Positions 19,536-29,865 are shown, counted from the first letter of the stretch. The stretch is 64,000 nucleotides of DNA from an uncultured Candidatus Rokubacteria bacterium (GCA_963754315.1 CAVWFS010000008.1:256001-320000); one strand, 5' to 3'. The notes: generated by a model from the sequence alone, not told the origin. Made by a program: numbers and translations.

Positions 19536-19732
19536 TGGGGGGCCCTTTCGAGGCGCCATCGCCGGCGACTCAGATCGAGGGGCGTCCCGGGTTTCCCGGG
19601 ATGCCCCCGAGCGCGGGGGGCCTGGGGGGCCCTTTCGAGGCCCCATCGCCGGCGACTCAGATCGAGGGGCGTCCCGGGTTTCCCGGGATGCCCCCGAGCG
19701 CGGGGGGCCTGGGGGGCCCTTTCGAGGCCCCC
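19536..19732. repeat. 87-bp tandem palindromic repeat (about 2.3 units), REP/BIME-like
   Basis: Hairpin A GGGGGGCCCTTTCGAGGC(C/G)CC at 19537, 19624 and 19711 alternates with hairpin B GGGGCGTCCCGGG-TTT-CCCGGGATGCCCC. Lies between convergent genes. Confidence 0.9.
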
Positions 19733-21213
19733 ACATCCTCTAGTCTCCAACAGTCGAATGGGTATAGCGGCTTGGGGCGATTCCGGTAGGTGAACAGCCG
19801 AAGGTCCGAGCTGGTGACGCCCTCGCCGTCGCACAGCACGATGTGTCGAGCGATTGGCTCGAACCCGGCACGGAAGTGCTGGCGGGATTTGATGAGGACG
19901 TAACGCTTGCGACGCGGATCGATGCCGCAATGGGTGAAGACACCGAGATCGAACGGCTCGCTGCGACGCTCGGAAATGACGATCTGCAGGGACCCGGTGT
20001 CGAGCACCGCCGTACGGCCCATCCGCACGCGGGTGCCGGTGGCCATCGGCCCGGTGACCACGAACTCGCCCTCCGTGATTCGCGTGACCTTGCCGGTGAC
20101 AGTCAGAGGCACACCGTCGAGCTGAATCTGTGGCATGTCAATCTTTCCGCCGAGCGGCAGCGTCACGCTGGCCGCCGTCCCGGCCTCGATGATGCGAGCG
20201 ACGCTGAGGGGATCGCAGATCGGCCCCGCCACCACGTCGTCGAGACCCTGCCGGTTGACTTCCTTGATCACGCTCATCACATCCTGCGTCCCGCCGGAGG
20301 CGGTGTTGTCTCCGTGGTCGACCAGGATGATGGGGCCCTCGCCGAGGGCTCGGGCTTGCGCGATCTGTTCGGCGAGTGGCGCCCCCTCGTAGAGGAAGGC
20401 CGGACGCCGGTCCCAGGCCATGCCGAGCAGACGATCCAGCAAGGCGCGACCCTCCTCGTTCTTCCGGTCGCTCACGATCACCGCCGAGCACGAGAGGTGC
20501 GGGATGTCGGCATGGGGGAAACCGCCGAAGACGGAGGCGTTGAGCACCGCGCCGCTCGTCTCGGAGGCGATGGCCATATCCATGATGTCCTTCATGGGTT
20601 GACGCGACGGCGTATGGACGAGGGTGCTGGTCATCATGGGTCGAGTGCCCCACACCATGACCGGCTTGACCTCGCCGTTCAGCGCACGTACTAGAGTTCG
20701 TCCGGCCCGCTCCGCCGTCTCGCCCATGTCGATGTGGGGATAGGTGCGATACCCGGTGATGACCGTAGCGTTCTCGACCATGGCCGCCGTCATGTGCGCG
20801 TGAAAGTCGAGCCCCACCGCGATCGGGGTACGGGGTGCCACCGCACGGATGCGACGCAACAGCTCGCCCTCACCGTCGTCCACGTGCTCGGCTACCATCG
20901 CGCCGTGCAAGGCGAGGAACGCTGCGTCGCAGCCGCCCCGGATGGCCCCCACGATGGCGCTGGCCATCTCCTCGTAGGCGGCTCGCTCGACGTAGCCGGA
21001 CGGATGGGCACCGGCCGCCAGGGGGACGGTGATCTCGGCGCCCATCTCCTGTGCGACATGGAGGAATCCGCCGAGCTGGGTATTGGTATCCTTGAATTCT
21101 TGAATGGCCGCCGCGCCGGAGAGCGGCCGGAAGGCCGCGAGGGGCGTCGGCACGGGTGAGAACGTGTTGGTCTCGTGCATCATCGATGCGACCACGATCT
21201 TCCGGTGCGCCAT
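19657..21213 (-). CDS. M81 family metallopeptidase (MlrC-like)
   Basis: HETNTFSP, LALHGAM, LDFHAH, YRTYPHID, DNTASGG, KSRQHFRA. The C-terminus runs into the repeat. Confidence 0.9.
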   Translation of the reverse strand: MAHRKIVVASMMHETNTFSPVPTPLAAFRPLSGAAAIQEFKDTNTQLGGFLHVAQEMGAEITVPLAAGAHPSGYVERAAYEEMASAIVGAIRGGCDAAFLALHGAMVAEHVDDGEGELLRRIRAVAPRTPIAVGLDFHAHMTAAMVENATVITGYRTYPHIDMGETAERAGRTLVRALNGEVKPVMVWGTRPMMTSTLVHTPSRQPMKDIMDMAIASETSGAVLNASVFGGFPHADIPHLSCSAVIVSDRKNEEGRALLDRLLGMAWDRRPAFLYEGAPLAEQIAQARALGEGPIILVDHGDNTASGGTQDVMSVIKEVNRQGLDDVVAGPICDPLSVARIIEAGTAASVTLPLGGKIDMPQIQLDGVPLTVTGKVTRITEGEFVVTGPMATGTRVRMGRTAVLDTGSLQIVISERRSEPFDLGVFTHCGIDPRRKRYVLIKSRQHFRAGFEPIARHIVLCDGEGVTSSDLRLFTYRNRPKPLYPFDCWRLEDVGASKGPPRPPALGGIPGNPGRPSI

Positions 21214-21240
21214 ACCCTCTCGCTCCGTCGCCGGCGCTGA

Positions 21241-22089
21241 CTACCGCAGCACGGCTTCGGCGATACGCGTGAGCTCCGCCCCCATCTCGGCCTCCGTCTT
21301 CTTGGTCTCCGGCCGGACAACCACCCGATTCGCGCCCGCATCGAGCAGGCGCTTGATCAGATCGCGGTCGGCAGGCTGGCCATAGACCGAGATGCTGATG
21401 GTGGAGGGGTTACGGCCCGCGTCCTTGGCCAGCTTGTCGAGCGTGGCCCGGCGCTCGCGAAGCTGCTCGGGCGTGACGCGATTCGGGAGCCAGCCGTCAC
21501 CCCAGGCCACCACCCGCTCGAGCACGTTCGCGGCGGCGCCGCCCAGGAGCACCGGCGGATGCGGCTTCTGAGCCGGTTTGGGATAGGACCGGACGGCGGG
21601 AAACTTGTAGTAACGGCCCTGGAACTCGGCCTCCGTCTTGGTCCACAGCTCTTTCATGGCCAGAACCGACTCACGCGTCTGCGTCCAGCGATGGTCGAAG
21701 TCGCCGCCCATGATCTCGGTCTCCTCCCGCAGCCATCCAGCGCCGATGCCGAAGAGAAACCGCCCACCGCTGAACAGATCGAGTGTCGAGACTTCCTTGG
21801 CCAGTAACAGAGGATGCCGCTCGGGCACCAGCACGATCCCGGTTCCGAGCTTGATGCGGCTGGTCACGCCCGAGGCCCGAGCCAGCGCCACGAACGGATC
21901 GATGAAGTGCGAGTACGTCTCCGGAATCACCCCGTCCGCCGAACTCGGGAAGCGGCTGGTCGTCCGTACCGGGATGAACGGATGCTCAGCGCACCAGAAC
22001 GACTCGAAGCCGAGCTCCTCGACCTTCCGAGCCATGAAGCCAACGTCGACGAGATAGGCGGGCAGGGGAACCGAGATACCGACGTTCAT
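21241..22089 (-). CDS. LLM class putative F420-dependent oxidoreductase
   Basis: GFESFWCAEH, DPFVALA, LAKEVSTLDLFSGGR, GIGAGWLREE, PKPAQKPHPP. Confidence 0.87.
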   Translation of the reverse strand: MNVGISVPLPAYLVDVGFMARKVEELGFESFWCAEHPFIPVRTTSRFPSSADGVIPETYSHFIDPFVALARASGVTSRIKLGTGIVLVPERHPLLLAKEVSTLDLFSGGRFLFGIGAGWLREETEIMGGDFDHRWTQTRESVLAMKELWTKTEAEFQGRYYKFPAVRSYPKPAQKPHPPVLLGGAAANVLERVVAWGDGWLPNRVTPEQLRERRATLDKLAKDAGRNPSTISISVYGQPADRDLIKRLLDAGANRVVVRPETKKTEAEMGAELTRIAEAVLR

Positions 22090-22192
22090 CGCTGGCACTC
22101 CTCGCCGGGGTGACCGGGCCGACTCAGTGGCGTGGGGTGAGCATATCGTACTTGGGGCCACCACTCGTCAGCCCTCCCACCCGGTCAAACCA

Positions 22193-22221
22193 TTGACCCC
22201 GAGATCGGGCCTCGATACGCT
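22193..22221 (+). promoter_or_regulatory. Putative sigma70 promoter of the MFS gene
   Basis: TTGACC-N17-TACGCT; the -35 is half of the palindrome GGTCAA-acca-TTGACC (22183-22198). Confidence 0.45.
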
Positions 22222-22303
22222 CGGGCCAGGAGTTGCCCCGTGAGCGACAACGTCGTCGCCGTCGATCTCGGCGCTTCCCCGGAAAGAGTGCTGAAGACGC
22301 GCC

Positions 22304-23533
22304 GTGCGTGCCATTGCCACGACCGCCAGGCTGTCGACGTTCGCTGCGCTGCGGGTCCGTAACTACTGTCTCTACTGGTTCGGGCTGGTCTTCTATGTTC
22401 TTGGTCATCGCGCGGAATACACCACCTTCGCCTGGATGACCTGGGAGGTGACGCGCGACCCTCTCGCCCTCGGCTATCTCGGCCTGGCTCAGGGCGTTCC
22501 CCTTGTCCTCTTCCAGCTCGTCGGGGGCGTTCTCGCCGACCGCACCAACCGGTTGCGGCTACTGATCGGGACGCAGATCCTGACCGCCCTTACCCTGACC
22601 GTCGCCGTCGTGCTCACGTTCCTGGGGATGGTCCGCCTGGAACACTTGCTTGGCTTGGCCGCGGCCAGCAGCGTCTTTCGCGCGTTCGACGAGCCGAGCC
22701 GGATGGCGCTCGTTCCCCACCTGATCGATCGGCCGCGGCTACCGAACGCGATCGCACTCGGCTCGATCCCCTGGCAGGCTGGTCGGATGATCGGTCCCTC
22801 GATCACCGGCATCCTGATCGCGGCCTTCGGAGGTGCTGTCGGTTTCGTGCTGGCCGCCGCCGCCTCCTACGTGGCGCTCATACTCTATAGTCGCCTGCGC
22901 GTGAATGGACAGGCTCCAGCCCACGATGGGCAGCACGTTCTCGCGCAACTCCTCGAGGGGCTCAGCTTCGTCGGCCGCAACTTCGTGTTCGCCAGTCTCA
23001 TCGCGCTGGCCCTGTTCAACAGCGTGTTCGCCCTGTCATACGTCACCCTCCTCCCCGTCTTCGCCGACGTGTACTTCAAAGCGGGCTCGGCCGGGTATGG
23101 ATTGCTCAACGCCGCCCACGGAGTCGGCGCTCTCGTGGGAACCCTCACTGTGGCCACCATCGCCCATCGTATCTGGCGTCCGGGCACGACCTTGCTGGTC
23201 GCAGCGGCGGCCCTTGGCGTAGCGCTGATGGTGTTCGCCGTGGCCCCCATGCTGGGGCTAGCGCTCTGCATGCTCGTGCTGGTGGGCTTCAGCAACACAT
23301 TTTCCCTGACTCAGGTCAGTACCGTCCTGCAGCGCGAGGTCCCTGACCAGCTTCGAGGCCGGGTGATGAGCCTCTACGCCCTTTGCTGGAACCTGTTGCC
23401 GCTGGGCGGACTGCTCGCTGGCGTCCTGGCCGCCGCGGTGAACGCCCGCTTTGCCGTCCTCGTCGGTGGGGTCATGGTGACGGGCAACGCGCTGCTGCTT
23501 CTTACTTCCCGCCGGCTGCGCGCGATCAGATAG
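22304..23533 (+). CDS. MFS transporter (DHA3/MFS_3-like)
   Basis: About 12 hydrophobic segments, GGVLADRTNR, VPDQLRGRVMS. Confidence 0.88.
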   Translation: MRAIATTARLSTFAALRVRNYCLYWFGLVFYVLGHRAEYTTFAWMTWEVTRDPLALGYLGLAQGVPLVLFQLVGGVLADRTNRLRLLIGTQILTALTLTVAVVLTFLGMVRLEHLLGLAAASSVFRAFDEPSRMALVPHLIDRPRLPNAIALGSIPWQAGRMIGPSITGILIAAFGGAVGFVLAAAASYVALILYSRLRVNGQAPAHDGQHVLAQLLEGLSFVGRNFVFASLIALALFNSVFALSYVTLLPVFADVYFKAGSAGYGLLNAAHGVGALVGTLTVATIAHRIWRPGTTLLVAAAALGVALMVFAVAPMLGLALCMLVLVGFSNTFSLTQVSTVLQREVPDQLRGRVMSLYALCWNLLPLGGLLAGVLAAAVNARFAVLVGGVMVTGNALLLLTSRRLRAIR

Positions 23534-23569
23534 GATGAGCCGCAGACACGCAGTGACCGGGGGGAGCGT

Positions 23570-24730
23570 ATGAGGCGTAGCGAGGATCGGATTCTGACCA
23601 CCCACGTCGGCAGTCTTCCCCGCCCGCTGGCCCTGCGCGACCTTCTCGTGCGACAGGACCGCGGGGAGGGTATCGATGGAGCCGCCCTTGCGCGCGAGGC
23701 CGAGACTGCGGTGCGGCACGTGGTGCGCCAGCAGCTGCAGGCCGGTATCGACGTCGGCAACGACGGCGAGCAGCCCCGGGTCGGCTTCTCGACGTACCCC
23801 GCCAAGCGCATGCGCGGCTTCGGCGGCGCGAGCAAGCGGCGCCTGGCGCGCGATCTTGCCGAGCATCCAGACTACGCGGCGCGGCTGGCCCGTCAGCGCG
23901 CCGGAGGCGCTCGCATCACCGATGCCCCCCAGGCGGTGGCCGAGGTCGCCTATACCGACCTGGGCGAGGCCGAGGCCGAGTGCGAGCTGTTTCAGCGCTA
24001 CGCGAACGCCGAGCCGAGCGGCTTTGCAGAGGCCTTCATGACCGCGGCCTCGCCCGGTGTCATTGCCACGATCATGCTCGACGCTTACTACGGCTCCCAC
24101 GAGCGGTACGTCCGGGCCCTGGCCCGCGAGATGCGCAAGGAGTACGAGCTGATCGTGGCGCGCGGGTTCGTCCTCCAGCTGGACTGTCCGGATCTCGCCA
24201 TGGAACGCGCCCGGTTCTTCCAGGATGACCCGCTCGACCGCTTCCTGGAGGCAGTGGCGCTCCACGTGGACGCCATCAACGATGCGGTGGCGGCCATTCC
24301 TCCTGACCGCATCCGCCTGCATCTTTGCTGGGGCAACTACGACGGGCCCCACACCCACGACGTCGCCCTGGAGCCGCTGCTGCCCATCATCTATCGAGCA
24401 CGCGTGGGCGCCCTCTCAATGCCGCTGGCGAGCCCGCGGCACCAGCACGAGTTGAAAGCGTTTCGCAGCCACCCGCTGCCCGAGGGCATGCTCTTCCTAC
24501 CCGGGGTCATCGATTCCACCACCAACGTGGTGGAGCACCCCGAAGTGGTGGCAGACCGGATCGCCGCCGCGGTGGCCGCGGTCGGCGACCGCACGCGCGT
24601 CCTGGCCGGCGTCGACTGCGGCTTCGGGACCTTCGCAGGCTCTCAGCTGGTCGAAGAGAGCGTGGTGTGGACCAAGCTGCGCGTTCTGCGTCAGGGCGCG
24701 GACCTGGCCACCAGGCGGCTGTGGGGGTGA
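23570..24730 (+). CDS. Cobalamin-independent methionine synthase II family protein (second paralogue)
   Basis: TTHVGSLPRP, NDGEQ, LQLDCPDL, HLCWGN, GVDCGF. Confidence 0.88.
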   Translation: MRRSEDRILTTHVGSLPRPLALRDLLVRQDRGEGIDGAALAREAETAVRHVVRQQLQAGIDVGNDGEQPRVGFSTYPAKRMRGFGGASKRRLARDLAEHPDYAARLARQRAGGARITDAPQAVAEVAYTDLGEAEAECELFQRYANAEPSGFAEAFMTAASPGVIATIMLDAYYGSHERYVRALAREMRKEYELIVARGFVLQLDCPDLAMERARFFQDDPLDRFLEAVALHVDAINDAVAAIPPDRIRLHLCWGNYDGPHTHDVALEPLLPIIYRARVGALSMPLASPRHQHELKAFRSHPLPEGMLFLPGVIDSTTNVVEHPEVVADRIAAAVAAVGDRTRVLAGVDCGFGTFAGSQLVEESVVWTKLRVLRQGADLATRRLWG

Positions 24731-24760
24731 TTCCGAAAGGGAGCGCGCAGATGAGGGTGA

Positions 24761-24862
24761 GGGGGGCCCTTTCGAGGCCCCCAAGCTGGCGCAATCCAGA
24801 GGGGTGCGACGGGTTTCCCGGGGCCCCGAACGTGGGGCTAGGGGGGCCCTTCGAGGCCCCCC
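24761..24862. repeat. Second copy of the REP/BIME-like element
   Basis: Hairpin A at 24761-24782 and 24841-24862 flanks a degenerate B unit (GAGGGG..CGGGTTTCCCGGGGCCCCGA). Lies between convergent genes. Confidence 0.85.
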
Positions 24863-24866
24863 AAGG

Positions 24867-26333
24867 TCAATACCCGTCGGGCTTGCGAAAGCCGCCGATC
24901 TCCTGGGCGAGCAGGGCAGCGAAGCGGATTGGCGTGCGATCCTCGAGGTAGGGGCCGATCGCCTGCAGACCGACAGGCAGTCCCGCACGCGAGCGGCCGA
25001 CGGGAAATGCTGTGGCCGGCTGTCCCGCCACTGTCGAAACAGCCGGATACACCAGGCCGTGCAGGTAGGGGACGGAGCGGCCATTGATCGTGAAGGTCAA
25101 GGTGAGGTCGCTGTCGTCGGTGGGCCAGGCGCGATCGATATGCGGGTAGGCCATCACGTTGATCGCGGGCGCCAGCAGCACATCCCACTCGCGGAAAAAG
25201 GCGCGCCAGGCGGCGCGATAAGCCTCGCGCCGGCCGTGCCACAGGATGTAGTCTCCCGGTGCCGCCTCGAGCCCGCGCAAGTGGGCCCGGGAGAACTCGT
25301 CGTCGGCCTTGCGCCACATGGCGATACGCTGACGGCGCCCTTCCTCGTCCACCCGCGCCCCCGTCACCGCGGATAGCAACGACCGGTAGAGACAGTGGTG
25401 CTCACGATGGTCGCCGAGCCCCTCGGGCTGGGCCTGGGCGATCGTGCACCCCAGGCGGCCCAGGCGCGACGTCAGATCGTCGAGCGCTCCCGCGATCTCG
25501 GCGTCCACCGGGAGCCATGGGATCGCCGGGAGCACGGCCACGCGAAAGTCGGCGAGCCGCGCGTGCCGGGGGAAGGGCAGCTCGACGCGCCAGGCCACGT
25601 CCTCACCCACGTCGGGTCCAGCCAGAACGGACAGTGCGAGTTCTAAATCCTCGGCGCTGCGGCCGAGGGGACCTTGCACTCCCATGACGGTAGCCGCGTT
25701 GGGCATCGGCGGCATGGGGAACTGTCCGCTCCGGGGCAGGAGCGTCTCGCTCGGGCGATGACCATAGACACCGCAGAAGGTGGCGGGCACGCGGATCGAG
25801 CCTCCGATGTCCGAGCCGACCTCGAGGGCGGTCAACCCGGCCGCCAGCGCGGCGGCACTGCCCCCACTGCTGCCACCTGGTGTACGCGCGAGATCCCACG
25901 GATTGTTCGTGCGCCCGTAGACCGGATTGGCCGACTGCCAGTCCGCGAGCACGGGCGGGACATTCGTCTTGCCGAGGAGGACCGTTCCCGCTGCGCGCAG
26001 GCGGGCCGCCGCCGGCGCGTCATGGGCGGACACGTAACCCTTCCACTCGGGCACGCCGCAGGTCGTCCCGAGGCCGGCAACGTTGATGGATTCCTTGAGC
26101 GTGATGGGCAGGCCGAGCAACGCCCGCGCCTCGCCCCGCGCAATGGCCAGGTCGGCGGCGCGCGCCTGCTGGCGCGCCCGCTCGAAGTCGCGCACGACGA
26201 CGGCGTTGAGGCGGCCATCGTACTGCTCGATACGGCGGATGTAGCGGTCGGCCAGCTCGGCCGCGCTGACTCGGCCCGCGGCCAAGGCGGCCCGCAACGT
26301 GGTTGCGCTCGCGAACGGATCGATGTCGGCCAT
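24867..26333 (-). CDS. Amidase (second paralogue)
   Basis: GLPITLKES, GKTN, GGSSGGSAAA, GSDIGGSIRVPA; start MADIDPF with GGAGG RBS. Confidence 0.92.
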   Translation of the reverse strand: MADIDPFASATTLRAALAAGRVSAAELADRYIRRIEQYDGRLNAVVVRDFERARQQARAADLAIARGEARALLGLPITLKESINVAGLGTTCGVPEWKGYVSAHDAPAAARLRAAGTVLLGKTNVPPVLADWQSANPVYGRTNNPWDLARTPGGSSGGSAAALAAGLTALEVGSDIGGSIRVPATFCGVYGHRPSETLLPRSGQFPMPPMPNAATVMGVQGPLGRSAEDLELALSVLAGPDVGEDVAWRVELPFPRHARLADFRVAVLPAIPWLPVDAEIAGALDDLTSRLGRLGCTIAQAQPEGLGDHREHHCLYRSLLSAVTGARVDEEGRRQRIAMWRKADDEFSRAHLRGLEAAPGDYILWHGRREAYRAAWRAFFREWDVLLAPAINVMAYPHIDRAWPTDDSDLTLTFTINGRSVPYLHGLVYPAVSTVAGQPATAFPVGRSRAGLPVGLQAIGPYLEDRTPIRFAALLAQEIGGFRKPDGY

Positions 26334-26365
26334 CCTCGTATCCTCCCTTGATATAGAATCTTGCC

Positions 26366-27526
26366 ATGCCAATCACCAAGTTCTCCACCGTGTACGCGGG
26401 CCACATCGACCTCGGCGATATGGGCCAGGGTTCCACCCCGGCCAACGAGCGTCGCTACTCGAACGATCAGCTGATCTCGGTCTTCGAGAAGACCGAGGCG
26501 ATCGGCCGCTGCATGGACGAGCATGGCTACCACACCCTCTGGTTGGCCGAGCATCACTTCCAGCACGAGGGCTACGAGTGCCTCCCCAACATCCTCATGG
26601 TGGCGGTGCATCTGGCCCATCTGACGTCACGACTGCGCGTCGGATGCGGCTTCAACATCACCCCCATGTGGCATCCCCTGCGGCTGGCGGAGGACTTCGC
26701 GACAGCCGACATCCTCACCCAAGGTCGCACAGTCTTCGGTGTGGGCCGCGGCTACCATACCCGCGAGGTGGAGACCTTCGGGGCACCCATGCTCGACGCC
26801 GAGGCCAACCGCGATCTCTTCGAGGAGCAGGTCGACATCATCATGAAAGCCTTTGCCTCGGAGTCGTTCGCACATCGGGGCAAGCACTACACCTTGCCAC
26901 CGGCCGTTCCCTATCGCGGCTACGAGTTGAAGGAGATCACCCTGGTGCCGCGACCGGTCCGCCAACCGGTGGAGTGCTGGCAGCCCATCGTGAGTGCCGG
27001 TGCCCGCGGCCTCGATTTCATGATGAAGCACCGCATCAGGGGACTGATCGGTGGTGGTGCGGCCACCATGGCTGAGAAATCGATCCATGCCTTCCAGGAG
27101 GCGGCCGATCGTGCCGGCGTGAATCTGCGGCTCGGCGAGGGCCTGAGCCTCGGCATCTTCTATCACCTGGCGGAGTCGCGCGAGCGGGCTGTCCGCGAAA
27201 TTACCCCGTGGTACGAGGAGCACGTGAAGATGTTCGGGCCGCTTGGTTTTGTTCCGGGTATTACAGCGGCCCAGCTCGAAGCGTCCACGAAGCGCGGTGG
27301 CTGGGGGGCGGCCGGTGTCCCCACCGTGGAGGATTACATGAAGGTCGGCGCCTGGTTCGCAGGGCCGCCCGAAGCGCTGGTGGCCCACCTCCGGTCGCTC
27401 GAGCAGAAGTACCCTGGCCTCGAGTATGTCCACCTGAGCAACAGCATGGGCACCCCCAAGGCCATCATGCTGGAACAGCTCGCCTGGCTCGGCAAGGAGG
27501 TCATGCCCGAATTCGTGACGCGCTGA
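26366..27526 (+). CDS. LLM class flavin-dependent oxidoreductase
   Basis: LWLAEHHF, HPLRLAEDFATADIL..GR, GVGRGY. Confidence 0.9.
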   Translation: MPITKFSTVYAGHIDLGDMGQGSTPANERRYSNDQLISVFEKTEAIGRCMDEHGYHTLWLAEHHFQHEGYECLPNILMVAVHLAHLTSRLRVGCGFNITPMWHPLRLAEDFATADILTQGRTVFGVGRGYHTREVETFGAPMLDAEANRDLFEEQVDIIMKAFASESFAHRGKHYTLPPAVPYRGYELKEITLVPRPVRQPVECWQPIVSAGARGLDFMMKHRIRGLIGGGAATMAEKSIHAFQEAADRAGVNLRLGEGLSLGIFYHLAESRERAVREITPWYEEHVKMFGPLGFVPGITAAQLEASTKRGGWGAAGVPTVEDYMKVGAWFAGPPEALVAHLRSLEQKYPGLEYVHLSNSMGTPKAIMLEQLAWLGKEVMPEFVTR

Positions 27527-27532
27527 GCGGCG

Positions 27533-28598
27533 TCACACGCCCTCGAACACCTCCACCCACTCCTCGAGCATTTCGGGGTGGCCGTAGCGTACAGTCAGCC
27601 CGACGTGGCTGAATCCCGCCCGCGCCAGCTCGCGGATCTGCTCGCGCAGCTCGTCCCGCCGCCCGGTGAAGGTGGTCGCGCGAATCAGCTCTGCCGTGCA
27701 GATCTCCTGCTCCTCGGGGCGCAGGAACATCAGGTGCCCGCGGTGGTTTTGCAAATAGCGGGCATCTGCCGGCTCGTACGCAAGATAGATCTGGCGATAG
27801 CGCTCGAGCAGCGGCGCGAGAGGCGGCGGCAGAGGCCGGCCGATATCGCCGAACTCCTCCCGCTCGACCAGGCTGTGCAGCGCGATGGTGGCGGTAGGCC
27901 CCGCCTGGGCCTTGGCGCGCGGACTGTCGGCCGGCTCGTGCTCCGCCAGGACGCAGCCAGAGATGGTCGCCGTCGCGTGGAGTTCTCCCACCGCGCGGCC
28001 GGCATCCCGCCAGGCAGCCTGCATGTCGGCGATGCCGGCCTGAGCGTGAGCGACGCCGGCCGTGGCGTGGATCCAGCCGGCGCCGAGCTTCGCGGCGAGC
28101 CGGCGCGCCCGTGGCCCGGTGGCGGCGACGTGAACGGGGATCGGATCGGTGATGTTCGTCGGCCCCGATCTCGGGATTGAGAAATCGGATCTTGCGCCGC
28201 TTGTCCTCGAAGGTCCACTCCAGCGTCTGGCCCGCGAGCAGCCCGCGCACGACACGGACGTATTCCTCCACGAGCGCCAGCTTGACGGGAGGCAGGCCCA
28301 TCGTCCGACGAGCCGTGAACCCTGTGGAGATCCCGAAGTCGATCCGTCCGGGCGCCAGCGCGTTCAGGCTGGCCAGACCGCTGGCGGCCACGGGGGCGAT
28401 GCGGTTGGATGGGATCAGCACCCCGGTGCCGAGGCGGATCGTCGACGTCCGCATGGCTGCCGCCGCCATGGCCACGAACAGCTCGGCGTTGAGGAGCTGC
28501 GTGTCGTAGAACCAGGCGCGGCGGTAGCCGAGCTCCTCCGCCCGCGCGACGATCTTCCAGGAATCCGCGGCCGGCGCCAGAAAAATTCCGAAGTCCAT
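27533..28598 (-). CDS. LLM class oxidoreductase, frameshifted near 28160
   Basis: MDFGIFLAP...RFLNPEIG (frame of 27501..28685) continues as NITDPIPVHVAATGPR... (frame of 27533..28255). Confidence 0.85.
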
Positions 28599-28609
28599 GG
28601 AGGCTCCTC

Positions 28610-29856
28610 TCAGCGCACGTGTGCGCGTATGGATGTCTCCTCGAAGGTGCCGATTCGGCGCAGCTCCGGGAAGAGGGCCATCCACAGAGCGGCGACGACG
28701 ATCGTGCCAATCCCGCCGAGCAACACGGCGGGGACGGTGCCGGCGAGGGCGGCGACGACCCCAGACTCAAAGGCGCCCAGCTGGTTCGAGGTGCCGGTGA
28801 AGAGCGAGTGCACGGCGCTGACCCGGCCACGCATCTCGTCTGGGTGCGGATCTGCACGAGCGAGACACGGATGACCACGCTCACCACGTCCGCGGCTCCC
28901 AGGACGCAGAGGGCGGCCAGGGAGAGGACGAAGTTCGTGGAGAGGCCGAACACCACCGTGGCGGCGCCGAAGACCATGACCGCCCGGAAGAGAGCACGAC
29001 CGATCCGCCTCTCGAGCGGATAGCGGGCCAGGAAGACAGACATGACCAGGGCGCCGACGGCGGGCGCCGAGCGCAGGAGCCCGAGGCCAGTGGGGCCCGC
29101 GGCCAGGATGTCCCGCGCGTAGACGGGCAGGAGCGCGGTGGCGCCACCGAGGAGGACCGCGAACAGGTCGAGGGACATGGTGCCGAGCAGCACCGGCCGG
29201 CTTCGAATGAAGGCGATCCCCGAGAACACGGTCTCGGCGGTGATGGGCTCGCGTGCGCGCGGGGTGCCGCGGCTTCGGATCATGGCCGCGCAGATGGCGG
29301 CCAGGCAAGACAGCGCCCCTGCCGTGCCATAGGCGCTGGCCGGCGCGAGCGCGAACAGCAATCCGCCGAGCGCTGGTCCGACGATCTGCGCGGTCTGATT
29401 CGCGGAGACAACCCACGCCATGCCCCGCGCGATGAGCGGGCGCGGCACCACCCCGGGCACCAGGGCGGCCATGGCGGGGCTCTCGAAAGCGCGCGCGGTG
29501 CCGACGAGAGCGACCAGGGCCAGAATCGTCGTCTTGCTCTGCCAGTGTCCCAGGGTCGTGAGTGCGAGGGCTACCGCCGCGAGGGCTTCGACCGTCTGAC
29601 AGACGGCCGCGATGAGACGACGGTCGTAGCGATCTGCGACCTGTCCCACGACCAAGGTCAGCAAGATGATCGGCATGAACTGGACGAGGCCAACCAGGCC
29701 AAGGTCCAGGGGGCTGCCCGTGATGGCGTAGAGCTGCCAGCCCACCGCGACTCCCTGGATGTGAAACCCAACGTTCGCGAGAACCCGGGAGGACCACAGG
29801 AACGCGAAGGGCGGATGCCGCAGCAGCGCCGCCGCCGACCTTGGACCCGGGTCCAA
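28610..29856 (-). CDS. MFS transporter, frameshifted near 28842
   Basis: GQVADRYDRR and hydrophobic helices up to SLVQIRT, then PDEMRGRVSAV... in the frame of 28610..29797. Confidence 0.85.
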
Positions 29857-29865
29857 GCGGTCAGG

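Noticed and set aside
19536..19732. CRISPR array
   Set aside because: The sequences between repeats are identical and palindromic, there are only three repeats, and there are no cas genes or leader.
19532..19789. Repetitive peptide ORF (GGPFEAPSPATQIEGRPG...) as a RiPP precursor
   Set aside because: It follows from an 87-bp (29-codon) stop-poor GC repeat; TTG start without RBS and no modifying enzymes nearby.
19657..21213. Microcystin degradation (mlr) cluster
   Set aside because: Only an M81-family gene is present; no mlrA, mlrB or mlrD.
27730..28840. 708-aa MFS with a long C-terminal domain
   Set aside because: Frameshift read-through over the neighbouring LLM gene.
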